Assembly: GCA_964016885.1 (NCBI GenBank)
Contig: OZ024743.1
Span: 248,992,001 to 249,056,000, forward strand
Source of the DNA: Eledone cirrhosa
Lineage: Eukaryota
Direction of reading: 5' to 3'
Length of the DNA stretch: 64,000 nucleotides
Numbering within the stretch: the first letter of the stretch is position 1; each line of letters begins with the position of its first letter. Positions 1-13,172 of the stretch are shown one piece after another. Position numbers and translations under genes: made by a program. The notes beneath the pieces are model-generated. The model did not search any database. It saw only the letters and a list, made by a program, of their open reading frames with translations, and was not told where the DNA came from.

Positions 1-1674
1 GCTGACGGTGATGGTATGTTAGATTTGTTGTTTTGTACAAGCTCCGGAGAGTTAATTTTCTACACATCCAATGGCACTCGAATGAAAAAACACCACCAAC
101 TACCATCCTCATACGTTCTAAAAACCTGGTATAAGAAAGTAATTATTTCTTCATCCGATAAAATTTCTAATTATGTGAAAGCAGAAGTGTCATTAGGAGC
201 TAAATCTGCTTATGTTCCTGTATCACCACACGTCCTAGCAACACCGGTCATAGCTGATTTAAACAGAGATGGTCGAAGGGAAGAAATTGTAATACCTGTC
301 AGTTATTTCTACGATGAAGATGAATATAGAGCAGCTGAACATTTCAATACCGAAAAGAAAAATATTTCACTCACAGAACTAGAAAAATATCTTGTTGGTG
401 GTATTGTTTATTTCAATTTAACTAATATGCAAATTATGGATACAGTCTTCCTTGAGTTATCGCAGTTGACAGCTAATTTCCCAGCTTACATTATCTTTAC
501 TCCAACTGTGATTGATTTAGATAGCGATGGCAGTCACCTGGAGACTATTACTGGCACATCATCTGGAAAACTATATGTAATTGATGCTAATAGTATTGTT
601 AGAAGCGGTTTTCCCATACCATTTGATACCATACACGGACAAATAACAGTCGGAGATGTTAATAGTGATGGTATGCTGGAAATTATTGCTGTCGACACTG
701 GCGGTAACATTGCCTGTTTGGATAAATTGGGTAAAACATTATGGGAATCAGAAATATCAGGAAATTCTTCTCCGGGAACTCGTCTTGCAGACATCAATGG
801 TGATGGACAAATGGACATCGTGGTAACAACTGATGTTGGTGATATTTATGTACTACATGGCAATAATGGTAGTGTTTTTAAAGGGTATCCTTATCACCTG
901 AACAGCCCGATTCATGCTAATGCCCTTCTCGGTTTAATTCATGATGATACAAAAGCATTGTTTTTTGCCCTTACTGAAGATGGAAATATGCACATATTGG
1001 GTCCAGATACAGAATGTCGTTCACATTTTAATATTGGAGAGACGTCCCTTGTTCAAACACTATCACACGATCTGGTGCCTCAGACAAACAATATGGAACT
1101 GTTAGCTGCAACCAGAGATGGTACCCTGATATGTTTAAGTGTTTCTCAGAATTTTATGGATGATAATGAAGATTATGGAATAGACATTGCCAAACTGACA
1201 GCACTCCCATCAGAGACCAAAACTCCAAACGATTTCACATATCTTTTGCACAAACCTTCAATTGAAGTTAATAGCCATACGAAGGAAATGAAAGATATTA
1301 TGGGGAGTTCTTTTAATTTAGAATTCCAGATTATTGATCCTATAACTTATGACAAAACCAAGAAGTTCACAGTTCATGTTTACTATGGCAGTAATTTGTT
1401 AACTTCCTCGGTTTATAAAGAGGCTGGTCATTATTCCTTATCTGTGCCAGTTTGGTTAGAACCAAGTCAGGGACATATAGTTGTGACAATGACTAATCAT
1501 CATGGACAGATATTTGAAGATAGTTTTCCTGTTAAATTTAATAAACTTATCTTACATGATCTCCAATGGCTCCTCATCAGTCCCTTTGTTGCCATGGCAA
1601 TAATATTGTTAGTCATTCATGGTTTCCCTGTTAAAGACCTTCTTCCCCTGACAAACAAAGACAAAAATCGCTGA
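1..1674 (+). CDS. DEX1-like (defective in exine formation 1-like) FG-GAP repeat membrane protein, 5'-partial, single long exon
   Basis: The frame is open from base 1 (ADGDG-MLDLL), so the ATG at 16 is internal. It has repeated Ca-binding DxxxDG motifs (ADLNRDG, IDLDSDG, GDVNSDG, ADINGDG). HVLATPVIAD..VSYFYD..Y and NFPAYIIFTPTVIDLD match the plant DEX1 pattern as I recall it. C-terminal TM helix WLLISPFVAMAIILLVIHGF; stop TGA 1672-1674. Confidence 0.85.
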   Translation, partial: ADGDGMLDLLFCTSSGELIFYTSNGTRMKKHHQLPSSYVLKTWYKKVIISSSDKISNYVKAEVSLGAKSAYVPVSPHVLATPVIADLNRDGRREEIVIPVSYFYDEDEYRAAEHFNTEKKNISLTELEKYLVGGIVYFNLTNMQIMDTVFLELSQLTANFPAYIIFTPTVIDLDSDGSHLETITGTSSGKLYVIDANSIVRSGFPIPFDTIHGQITVGDVNSDGMLEIIAVDTGGNIACLDKLGKTLWESEISGNSSPGTRLADINGDGQMDIVVTTDVGDIYVLHGNNGSVFKGYPYHLNSPIHANALLGLIHDDTKALFFALTEDGNMHILGPDTECRSHFNIGETSLVQTLSHDLVPQTNNMELLAATRDGTLICLSVSQNFMDDNEDYGIDIAKLTALPSETKTPNDFTYLLHKPSIEVNSHTKEMKDIMGSSFNLEFQIIDPITYDKTKKFTVHVYYGSNLLTSSVYKEAGHYSLSVPVWLEPSQGHIVVTMTNHHGQIFEDSFPVKFNKLILHDLQWLLISPFVAMAIILLVIHGFPVKDLLPLTNKDKNR

Positions 1675-2837
1675 TAGTGGTGGTTACATTTTTATTCTGA
1701 AAATTTTGTTACATTCCTAAAACATTCAAAATTTCTTCATATCGTTGCAAACACCAAACATCAGATTGAATATATTTAAAAAAATGATAATTTATTGCTA
1801 TTTTAAATTAAACCAGTTTTCAGTAATTTACTCTATAATTATACAAATGTTTTTTTAAATTTTATCTTGTGCTCATTGAGGACTTAAAGATCTGTTTATT
1901 AAACATTCACATGACATTATTAATTATGAAAGGTGGATTTGAACTCAGAATGAGCCAGTATTTGTTCTGAGGTCAACTTTGCCTTTCATCCTTCCGAGGT
2001 TGCTAAAATAAACAACTAGTTAATCATTGTGATCAATATAATCAACTTACCCTCCTACTCCAAAAAATTGATGGTCTTGTATATACATGAACTAAGCCAA
2101 TTCTGCAGACATTTTTGTTTGTAAAGTTTGTAATCTGATATTGACTCAAAATACTATTCAGGATGTGAAATTACTCTAAACCTTCTAACAAAAAATGTGG
2201 AACTCTGTAATGAGGTTTATTCCTAGTATATAAAATTGTTTGTCTTACTAATCTTTCTAGAATTGATGTTTAATGAGTCAGTGCCATAGCTATGCACAGG
2301 ATACTTTGTGATACTAGGTTCAGTGCCTTATAATTCTTAGTTCAACCCTGGTTCAAGTAATCTTTTTATCTTTCCATGAATGTTAATACAGTTGTCAATA
2401 TCAAAATGTAAAATAGCAGTTCCCAATCTGTGGTCCTTATGAGTAGACAGATCTGTCAAAAGTCAGCTTTATATCAGAGAACCAGGATCAGTTTCAGGAA
2501 GTTTGATATGAAAGGGGTTAAATGAACAGTTTTTGGCAATGAAAAGATTGGGAACCACACAAAAAAGGATTAAGACATAGTGTCTTTACCTCTAGTTATC
2601 ACCTAAAAGTCACTACTTTATGTAGGTAACTGCTTTTCATGATAATCATAGAATTCATTTAAACTAAAGGTATTCTGTTGCTCTTGTTATTCTTTCCTCA
2701 ACCAACTTATCATTCTCATTTTACATTTGCTTTCCATGATGGCATGGGTTTGACAGGCTGAGGCAACCTCATCTTCTGTATTATGGCATATTGCCAGTCA
2801 GTTCAGTATGGTGTCATGTCAAATACATAGTTAGAAT

Positions 2838-3017
2838 TTGCTTTATGACCAAGTCTGTTGTATGGAAGCTTAAGTAAGAAGTTCATTTACCTACCAATTC
2901 ACTTTATGACCTGGTCAGTTGAATGGAAGGTCGTTGTTAAGTGAGGAGTTCATTTATCAACCAATTTACTTTATGACCAGGTCTGTGGAATGGAACCTGC
3001 TCATTAAGTTAGGAGTG
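2838..3017. repeat. About 3 diverged tandem copies of a ~65-bp unit
   Basis: Recurring ctttatgacc..tgNatggaa..ttaagt.aggagttcattta.c.accaatt. Confidence 0.7.
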
Positions 3018-6000
3018 GCTTTATTGTTGTTCAAATGTTTTGATGTTATTATCTCTATAATTGAAACAAAAACTAACAGTTGACCAGATCTCAATCAATT
3101 CATCTTATTTGATTTTTCTTTTTTGTCATTATTGTAATTTCATTTATTTATACATATATTTTTATTATTTTTCCATGATGACGTAGGTTGGACAAGTCCT
3201 TGGTTTTTCTATGATAATTTGCTAACCTTGTGTTCAACCCTTTTCCATTTCTGGTAAAAGAGCCAGAGTGGTCTCCTACGTCACTTCTCAGATGGTATCG
3301 TAGGTGATTCAGAGAGAGAGAGAAGAATTGATCTTAATACTTGAATGGTACTTTATTTATCTACCCCAAAAGGATAAAAAGCAAAGTTGACCTTGGCGAG
3401 ATTTGATCTCAGCACAGAAAGTCAGAACAAATGTCAACACCCTAATGACTGTCAATCTACTGCCTTTTCATTTATTTATACTGTAAAAACATTGGCTTTT
3501 ATCAGATCACAACAGTTGATGCAACTTGCTGACCCATCAAAATTGAAAAAAAACAAAATATTGTTAGCAAGGAATACAGTGGAGGGTGTCAGAACTAGAG
3601 AGGAATGTTTTATATATATTGTAGGAGATTCAGTGAATTACTGGTTCTGATGGTGTATATATGAAAAATCCATCATTTTAAAATATCCAAAATAGACAAA
3701 TAAGTGATGACAGTTTCAATATGATGTATTACCTGGTGCTTTGCAACCATATTTTAGATATCCTCATCGTCATTTTACATCCACTTTCCATGCTGGCATG
3801 GGTTGGATGGGTTGTCAGGTCTGAGACTAGACAGGTTGTTCCATTATTCACATGACTTCTTTAGCTGGATGCCCTTCTTAATACCAACCCCTTCTCAGAA
3901 TTTTATTTCACAGGGTGCATTTTATTGTAGCAACAGCTCTACCACTTTACAGAATGTTACATATATATGAAAGATTCATTATTATTTTGAAGATACTGAG
4001 AAATAGAGATAAGCTCTGAATGGCTTAACTCCAATACTCAGTTTCAATTCCTGCATAGAACCACTCTACTTCATTTGTGTTGCTTTTGGAAAGGGCATGA
4101 CCATCACAACTTCTATTATCTTTTTCCTTAAATGCATCAAATTTCATGCCTGCATAAAACATTATCTTATTAACCTTTGTAGGATTGTAAAGATTAAAGA
4201 GGGCTAAGGCAAAGAATCAAATCATTTACAGTACAAAGTATAATGCTTCACTTTTCCAAGTTTACATCCTGGTGGATTCAATCCCCCCCCCCCCCATTCT
4301 TCTGCACTATGGGTTCCTGTTCATTTAAATTAATTTTCCCATGGATTCATGATTTTTGAAAAGTCTGTCTAAACATGCTAAGAGAGCCTCAATACCACCC
4401 AAGAGTCCACAAGCTACAGACTGGGAACCATTGTTCTGTTACTCAATACAATAATCTTCAATGAAATGCTGCATCGAATTCAAACAAAAGGGAACATGTA
4501 TGACAATCAGAACAATTTGTTTCAACAGGGACACAAATCTCAATACCAAATCATTAACCACTTTTTAAAAATGTTAAATGAATACCATTGTATGTATGTA
4601 CCTTTTCTATGATTAAACTATAAAAACCTTTCTCCATGATTTGAGTTTAAAAATTTTTTTTTTATATAAGCTGTATTTTTCAGGACCTTAACCAGAGTTT
4701 CCCAGACTTCTCACATTGGCGGCACTTTTCAAAATAGGATTTTTCCTGATATAACTCTTTTGGGACCATATCTCTAATGAAATACACTATTTCAATTAAT
4801 TAATCCTTTGGATACCAAATGGCCATTCCATGCTTCAAAGCTGTTTATTTTCAAGTGTATCTAAAACTCTCCCATCATAATTTTATGTGAGAGCCTTTGA
4901 TATGTTCCAAATATCAGCTTAATAATGAAAAAGTTATCTTACTAAATCCTTCAAATTCTTGAATATCAAATTATTATTTTTTTTTTTTTAAATACAAGAA
5001 ATATTTGAACTTTATTAATAAAAACTAAAAATATCATAAACAAGTCAATTTTAAATAATAACAACACTACAGATATTTAAAAACGAAAAATGAAAATTAT
5101 TTGAAAAGTATAGTGTCTTTCATTAGAAATTGGTAATAAAAAATATTTTTCAAGGAATAACTAAAATGATTAATTATTTCGTAACTAAGATAGTAACTTT
5201 AACATGTTTTGTTTTTTTTATTAAATATAAAATTATGTTGGAAGATTTTAATTTAAATAACCCTTTAAAATTAGTGGTTTTGTTTCATAGAACCAGTTTT
5301 GTCTGGGCTGGCATTACAAGGTATGCTGGGTGATGCAGGGGTGGGGTGAGGGAAGAAATGAACAGAATACAAAATAGTTGCTTGAACTGTACAACTATCA
5401 CCTTTAGTTATTCAATGAATACCAATCAGATGAAAACCTCTAGTCCTGGTGACACAATAAAATGCACCCAGTACACTCTGTAAAGAGGTAGTGTTGGTGC
5501 CATGATAAAATACACTCAGTACACTTTGTGAAATGGTAGGGTTGATGCCACAGTAAAATGTACTCGGTACACTGAAAAATGGTAGAGCTACAGAAACCAT
5601 GCTAAAATGGGACATATGAGTAAGACATGTTTATCTAACCTGTCTAGTCTTGCTCAAGGACACAGTGTACTGCCTTGAGCCAAAATGAAACCCATGACCT
5701 TTCAAAATATATTTAAAAATAAAGTACTTTTTTATGAATAAAAAATGTTTAAAAAGAGTAAACTCAAGGTACAAAAAAAAAAAAGAGACAAAGAAATTAA
5801 AAATTAAAAATTCTTTATTCATTAAATTTCATTTTTATAATTTGCATTAAGAAAAATAAATTCCATTTAAACAGTTTCTTTAAAAAGGATGAAGGGAAAA
5901 GTTGACCTGTGGGACTTGGCCTAATAACAAAGAACCAAAACAAATGATTCTGCCAATTCACTGCCCTTACAACAAAAATACTGATAATTTTTTTTCTCAT

Positions 6001-6669
6001 ATTGATACAAGTCTAACAATTTGGTGGGAATGGAAGTCGATTATATCAACACCAGTACTTGGCTGTACTTTAATTATTCCTGAAAGAATGAAAGGCAAGT
6101 TTGACACAAATTCAGAATGTAAAAAGCCAGAACAAATACCACATGGCATTTTGTCTGATGTGTCAATTCACTGCCCTTCATGATGTTCATCATAATAATA
6201 AACAAATTAATTTTAATATTTACTTAATTCAAGGAAATCCATTTATAAAAATGTGGTAAAAATATTTTTGATTTAATTTGATAGTGAAATCATCATCATA
6301 GTTTAACATCCATTTTTCCATGCTAGCATTTTCAACCATTTAATGCTCTGAGTGCCAAAAGCATATTGGTACATCTTTATTTAGAACAATTGTGTTTTGA
6401 AAAATGCAAAAATGAATATGTAATCCCAGCCTGAGCAGTAAAATACCAAAAATGGTTTTGGCACTCAAAGAATTAACACTGGCCTAATGAACTCTTGTAA
6501 TTTTTATGAGGACTGACTTGAAAAAAAAAAATTGTATTTTATCATTTTATTTTTTTCTAATTCCAGTAAACTTCCACTTTAATAGATTCTATTAAAATAA
6601 ATGTTAAAATTTCACATTTATATTAATTATACTGATATCTTCAAGTATAATATCTTAAGATATGCTTAT

Positions 6670-6779
6670 TTATTCACAGCACCACTTTCCAACAAACTTA
6701 GAGATCTTTTGACGAGCCAGTACCAATTCCTGTATGTCAGATGCATCAGCTGGATACATATTAGCACAGTGAGCTGTAC
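6670..6779 (-). CDS. S28 protease exon 10 ([15 protein letters not shown], catalytic His)
   Basis: Acceptor tattag; stop TAA at 6672-6670; 110 nt. Confidence 0.9.
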
Positions 6780-9700
6780 CTAATAGAGAGAAAATAAAGT
6801 TCATTATTCAACAAAGCATAATCAACCCTTTCAGGTGGGATGGTGGAAGAGAAGTTGTGATTCAAGAGGTCATGAAGGTTGCAGAGCATGCTTGATAGGA
6901 AGAGTGGGTTGTGAAAGAGATGGAAAAGGTAGAAAGCATGCATGATGGAGGGATAGTAGATGAGAGGAAGGAGGGGGGGGGGGGGTAATTAGGGGTGGCT
7001 GTGCAATCAACTAGACAGGTGGGGTCTAGAGTGTGGGGATACCTGATAAAAGTATTGGGCCATGTCAGAAGACAGGATCTCTAAGTCCTGCTCGTGATTA
7101 CACAAGAATTGGTGGCTTATTTAGTGTGCATGGTTGGCAAGAGATAAAATCAAGTTAGGAGTAGACATCAGTAGGTTTGTAGAAGGTGGAGATGATGAGG
7201 GAGTGGTTTGGGTAGTGAATAGAAACAGATGACTTACCATTTATGTAGACTGCTATAATATCCTTTGGTATATCATTAAGAACTCCTAGAGCATGCCAAG
7301 GATCTATGGAACCATTGGGTAAAATAATCCGTGAACTACTAAGATGTAAAGCACCATAGTTGGTATTAGTCCACTTAATACCTGCTTCAGTAAAGTTGAG
7401 ATTAAATTTAGGACCAAATAAATCCATACAAATCTGACCTGAAATACTGAGAAAGAAAATATATTTTAGACTCATCATCATCACTGTTTAATATCTATTT
7501 TCCACGTTTGCATAAGTTAGACATGTCATGTACTGAGGATAGACTGGTCAGTTGTATATGTGTGTATGTGTGTGTAAAATAAGTACTGAGGTTGATATGA
7601 TTGACTGAATCCCCTTAATGCAGTGACCCAGCATTAGTACAGTTAAATGACTGAAGCAAGTCAAATAATACACCATCCAGACATATCAATTTACCTTCAG
7701 ATATAAGTTCTTTGAATATGAGTAAAGGGTACAGAGGATCTTATAGACAGATGTAAGTAGATATTGAATGACAAACAAATTTGGTATTCCTTTAGTAGCT
7801 GATGCTATGGAAAAGCAGCAGATAATGATTTCTATGTTAGATCAAAATCAGCAATTAGGCGGGGGGGGGGGGGGAGATTTGATTATATTAATTGCAGTAT
7901 TTCATTGGTATTGTATTTTACAGACCCCATAAGGCTGAACACCAAAGCTGACGTTGAGGGAATTTGAATTCAAAATGTAAAGAGCTGAAGAAAATACCAT
8001 AAAGCATTTCATCTGATGCTCTAATGATTCTGCCAATCCAGTGCTCTTGTAAATAAAAATGATGATGTCTTTCAATGAATTTAATACTTGGAATATTTAA
8101 CTTTAGAGTATTGCACCAGCTTCAGTATTCAATAATCAGAAGGGAGGTAGTTGTAAAAGCCAAACTCGCTGTCTTCAATTCAGTCTTTTTGCCAACCCTT
8201 ACCTATGGTCATGAATCTTGGGTAATGACCGAAAGAATATGATTGCGAATACAAGTGGCCAAAATGTGATTCCTCCGAAGGGTCTTTGGAGTAACATTAC
8301 TTGATAAAGCTCGGAGATCAGAGTCACTCAAGGTAGAGCCGCTACTTCTCTGAATTGAGATATCACAGCTCTGATACTATGGGCATGTGGTTAGAACATC
8401 TCAGGAAAGAATCGCTGGACAGATTTTACAAGCAAAACTAACCAGCAGGAGACCTTGAGCAAGATAGTTGGATAACATCCATGAGCTTGGCTGGTCACAC
8501 TTAGGGATCCAGCTGGATCAGTTGGAGACGGTTGCTTCTAGGACCTGCTGGAGGGAGTGTTTCAGGACTCTGCCTCCACGACCCTCTCAGGAATAAGTAG
8601 GCGAAGAAGAAATACTACCAAATAGTTTCAAATAAATTACTTACTTCAGAGGATAATAATGACCAAATGGCTGTTTAGGAAAATCTGATGTTTGAAAATA
8701 TCCAAATTCAGTACAGGTTTGATAAATCCACTGACGACCTAGTAAAAGATAAATAGACAAATGAAACTAGGATAAGCTCTGACCTGATGAGCCTCTAGAC
8801 TCAAGAAAGACTAACTTTAAAAGTAAAATACGAATGTACACACCTCCTTCAGCAGCACTTGAATTCCACGAGGTTTCTCTCAGATCTTTAATCATGGCTT
8901 TATAACTAAATTCAAGGCACTTTTCTTCTTGTGTCTTCAGCATCAACTGGTTAACTCTTGCATATCTATCAATGGCAGCACCATAGCTTTTTGTATTCAT
9001 AATATTGCAGAGAGTGGTAATTGTTATATTTGTACCTTTGCCTCCCTAAAACATAAACAGAGCTACAAAGTTTTTTAAAAATCCATATATAAATTACAGG
9101 AAATTAATGCCATTTTGACATCATTTTATATCCATTTAATATACTGGCATTTCTAATGATTGTTGGATAAAGTTTTTGCAAGCTTTTCTAATGTTAACTC
9201 AAAGGTGATTCTTGTGAGAAAGCCTTTTTTTTCAGTAAAAGTAGCGACAGTGACAGCATTTAAACTTGTTACTTTAGAGACATGATTCCCAAACTTATTT
9301 TGTTGCCAAACTCTTATATGATACACATGCACAGAGAGACAGAGAGGAGGAGCTGCTTCTGCTGCTACCACCATCATCGTCATTTTATGTCCACTTTCCA
9401 AACTGGCACAGGTTGGACAGGTTGTTCTGGTCTGAGACCAGAAAAGTTAGAACAACCGATTTTGCACTTTATGTTCCATATTTCGCATGGTTTCTACAGC
9501 TGAATGCCCTTCCTAATGCCAACCACCTTGTAGGGTGTACTGGATGCATTTTTCTTAGAACCAATACTACCACTTTACAGAAGGTATATTTTATAGTAGA
9601 GCCAACACTAACACTTTACATGTCATAAGCACTAGGCCAGACAGAAGAGTCCTCTCAAACTCTACATTGTTTTAGTGTCACAGTGCTTTTACTGGTGGTT

Positions 9701-12700
9701 CATAAGAGTAAACAAAGCATAGCTAACTAACTGTAGTTAGTGCACATTGTACAGAAAGTATTAACATTACCTGCAAAGGACTTTTCTCTGAAACACTGGT
9801 GAGAATACCTACTCATTTCATGTGTCAACCTACCTAGTGTTGGTGACATAATAAAACACTCCAGAACACACTGTAAAGTGGTTGATGAAAGGAAGGGCAT
9901 TCAGCCAAAACTGGTCATACAAAGGCTTGAGAGGAATTTTCAGTTGTATCAAGGACATGACAACTTTTCTTTGCTGGTGCCATGATGAAATGCATCAAGT
10001 GCACCCTGTAGCTCTAAGTATTGACTTGGTTTATGACAACCTATCTAAACCTTGCTAGCAGGAAAAACGAATGTAAAATGATGATGATGAAAGCCTACAG
10101 GAATACTATTCAAAGTCAAACTATGACCTTAATAAACTTACCTCAAATTTCCGATTATCTTTGTTGTATTGCACAATGCCTTCAAAGTTTCCAGAAAATG
10201 AAGAGAAAAGATTTGAAATATCCAAAAAATTATTGATATCAATATCTTCACAGAGACTGGAATAAATTGAATGGTAAAGAAAAAAATCCTATAAGTTTAT
10301 AAAACTGAACTACTGGAATATGTTAACAGGAAGTTAATAAGGGTCCTTCTATGCAATTTCTCAATCAGATTAATTTACTAGTCAAATCCTTCAACAAAAT
10401 CTCTGCTACATGTTTAAGTAATACAAACTATAACAAAATACTCACAATAACGATACCATAGCTAGAACACTAACTGAATTCCTGAAACTCAAACCATTAA
10501 AAGAATTTTCTTAGTCAATTCGGTATTTGTGCCAACCCTTACCTCTGATCATGAATCTTAGGTAATGACTGAAAGGATGCGATGAAGTGGCCAAAATGGG
10601 GTTCCTCCAAAGGGTCTTTGAAGTAATGTCACTACTTCTCTGAATTAAGAGATCACAACTCCGATACTAAGGGCATGTGGTTAGAATGTCTCAGGAAAGA
10701 ATCGCTGGACAGATTTTATGGGCAAAACCAACCAGCAGGAGATCCAGAGGTAGACCCTGAGCAAGATGGTTGGATAACATACATGAGCTTGGCTGGTCTC
10801 GTTTGGGGGTCCAGTCGGATCAGTTTGAAATGGTTGCTTCAGAAAGGACCCGCAGGAAGGAGTGTTTGAGGACTCTGCCCCTACAACCCTCTCAGGAATA
10901 AGTGGGAGGAGGAATGACAATATTCATGATCCTTTATCAGGGTATTTAAAACTGGTGGGAAGGAGGGAGGAAAAGTATCTTCAAACTGAGGGCCTGGTTG
11001 GAATGCTTACAACAGAGTGGATTACAATAAAGCTCTAAAAATGAAAAGCAGGCTGTATGATGCCTGCATACGAACAGCAATGCTACATGCCAGTGAGACA
11101 TGGGCATTGTGTGCAGAGGACCTGCGCAGACTGGAAAGGAACGAAGCATGCATGCTCTATTGAATGTGTAATAGTAATATACGTGAACGGCAAAGCATAA
11201 ATGAACTAAGTGAGAAATTAGGAATAAGAGGGATCAGATGCTGTTTACTTGAGAGAAGATTACGTTGGTATGGTCACATGATGCGCATGAAAGATGACAG
11301 CTGTATAAAAAAGTGCAGGGCGATCAAAATTGTTGGAAGTTACGGAGTAGGTAGACCCAGAAAAACCTGGGACGGATTGATAAATTCCGACCTTACACAG
11401 TTGCACCTCTCTAAGACAATGTCACGGGACTGAGATCTATGGCGCCACGCAGTAATACAGAAGACCTGCCTTGCCTGTGTACAAAGTGTAACCTACAGTC
11501 AGTAGGCACCTCTTAACCAATTATACACCCCAACCCACTACTCCATCCCCCCACTAACACTACTCACTCTCTGTAAAGTTATGTTGGTACCACAACATCC
11601 AGTCCAAACTAATGAGGTTGTGTAGGTGTCATGACAAAAAAAAATCACACAGTCCACGCTGTAATGTAGCCATGTAGGTAACACGGTAAAAAGGCTCCCA
11701 GTCCACACTGTAAATGTGGTTGGTGTTAGGAAGGGCATCCAGCCATAGAAAACCTGCCAGATACAGTCCTATACGAGCGAGACACGGTCACCCGACCAAT
11801 CTTGCCTCAAGTAGGACAATTCCCATCTAACCCAAGCTAGCATGGAAGATAGACGTTAAACGATGATAATGATGATGCACCCAAGGGCCAGGATGTGGTG
11901 TTAAACTGAGCAATGGATTAAGCCTACTTGACAAGTAGGTAGGAGCAGGATTTGAACTCAGAACAGTAAGAACTGGAACAAATACTACAAGATATCTTGT
12001 CTGATGCTCTAACAACTCCAGTAATTCATCACACTGGACTGGTACTTTATTTTAGTGAGCCTTGAAAGGATGAAATGTAAAGTTGATTTCAGCAAGATTT
12101 GGACTCAGAGCACAGAAAGAAAGAATACCACAAGGTAGTTTGCCCTATTCTCCAATGACTTAATACACCACCTGATATCTTCATCAAACAAGCTATAGAT
12201 TATTCAAATAAAGCTAACAGAGACTACTCAACAACATCAATTATAAAGTAACATGATGAATCATGAAAAGCATAGATGATGATGATGATGATGAATCAAA
12301 ATAATTTTTTTTTACTTGAATTTTGTCTTTAACTCATTTCTTCCTGCTGGAGTCTTAAATAATTGTTCAATGGCTTCTGTTGCCTGGCTAATGGCTGTGT
12401 TACACTGAGGACCACCAAATGTTGCAATGGACTCAGTAACAACTTTCAAATAATCTGAAGAAAAAAACCCCACAAAAAACCAATTGAATGTAGAAGAAAG
12501 CATAATATTTGATAACTTTTATGTAAAATATTTAACCCTTTCATTACCAGATTTTTAATGAGGTACACTGTGATTTTAAAATAATAAAAAAAAATTAGAG
12601 GGATTTAGTAGTAAATATAACTAATTATCTTTTTATTAAATGTTGATGAAGTTGGTGTTAGAGGCATAACTTAAAAGTTCGATTGTTGGATCAAGTACTG

Positions 12701-13084
12701 AATCATTTTATTATGCACTTGTGGTTAGGGTGTTGGGCTTGCAATTATAATGTCATAGGTTCCAATCCATGAGTGAGTGTTGCATCCTGGAGCAAAATAC
12801 TTCATTTTATATTACTCCAGTTCATTCAACCTTATGATGGGCTTGCATCCTGTCTTGGGTGGGGGTTTTATATTCTCATGTCACACCAACCAACAAAACC
12901 AGGAGTCGTTCCAGCCCGATGAATCTCTGGCCCTCACACAGACTTTAACTAACTCTAATGTTAACTTCCCAAATGGTTATTTCATCAAGGTTGATTGTTG
13001 TGAAGAATATTTTTGCAATAAAGGTAGTGACAGCATATAAATCTTGTTACTTTAGAAACATTTATAAACATCATCATCACCATA

Positions 13085-13172
<88 letters not shown>

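Noticed and set aside
16-18. ATG at 16 as the start of the DEX1-like protein
   Set aside because: The frame is open to base 1, the Met lies inside a DGDGxxD motif, and there is no signal peptide; the true start is upstream.
5440-5585. ~47-bp tandem repeats resembling a repeat-spacer (CRISPR-like) array; similar runs at ~18890, 35080-35370 and 52660
   Set aside because: These are degenerate subrepeats of the abundant RTE/SINE tail (cacccagtacactctgtaaagtgg); eukaryotic context, no cas genes, no unique spacers.
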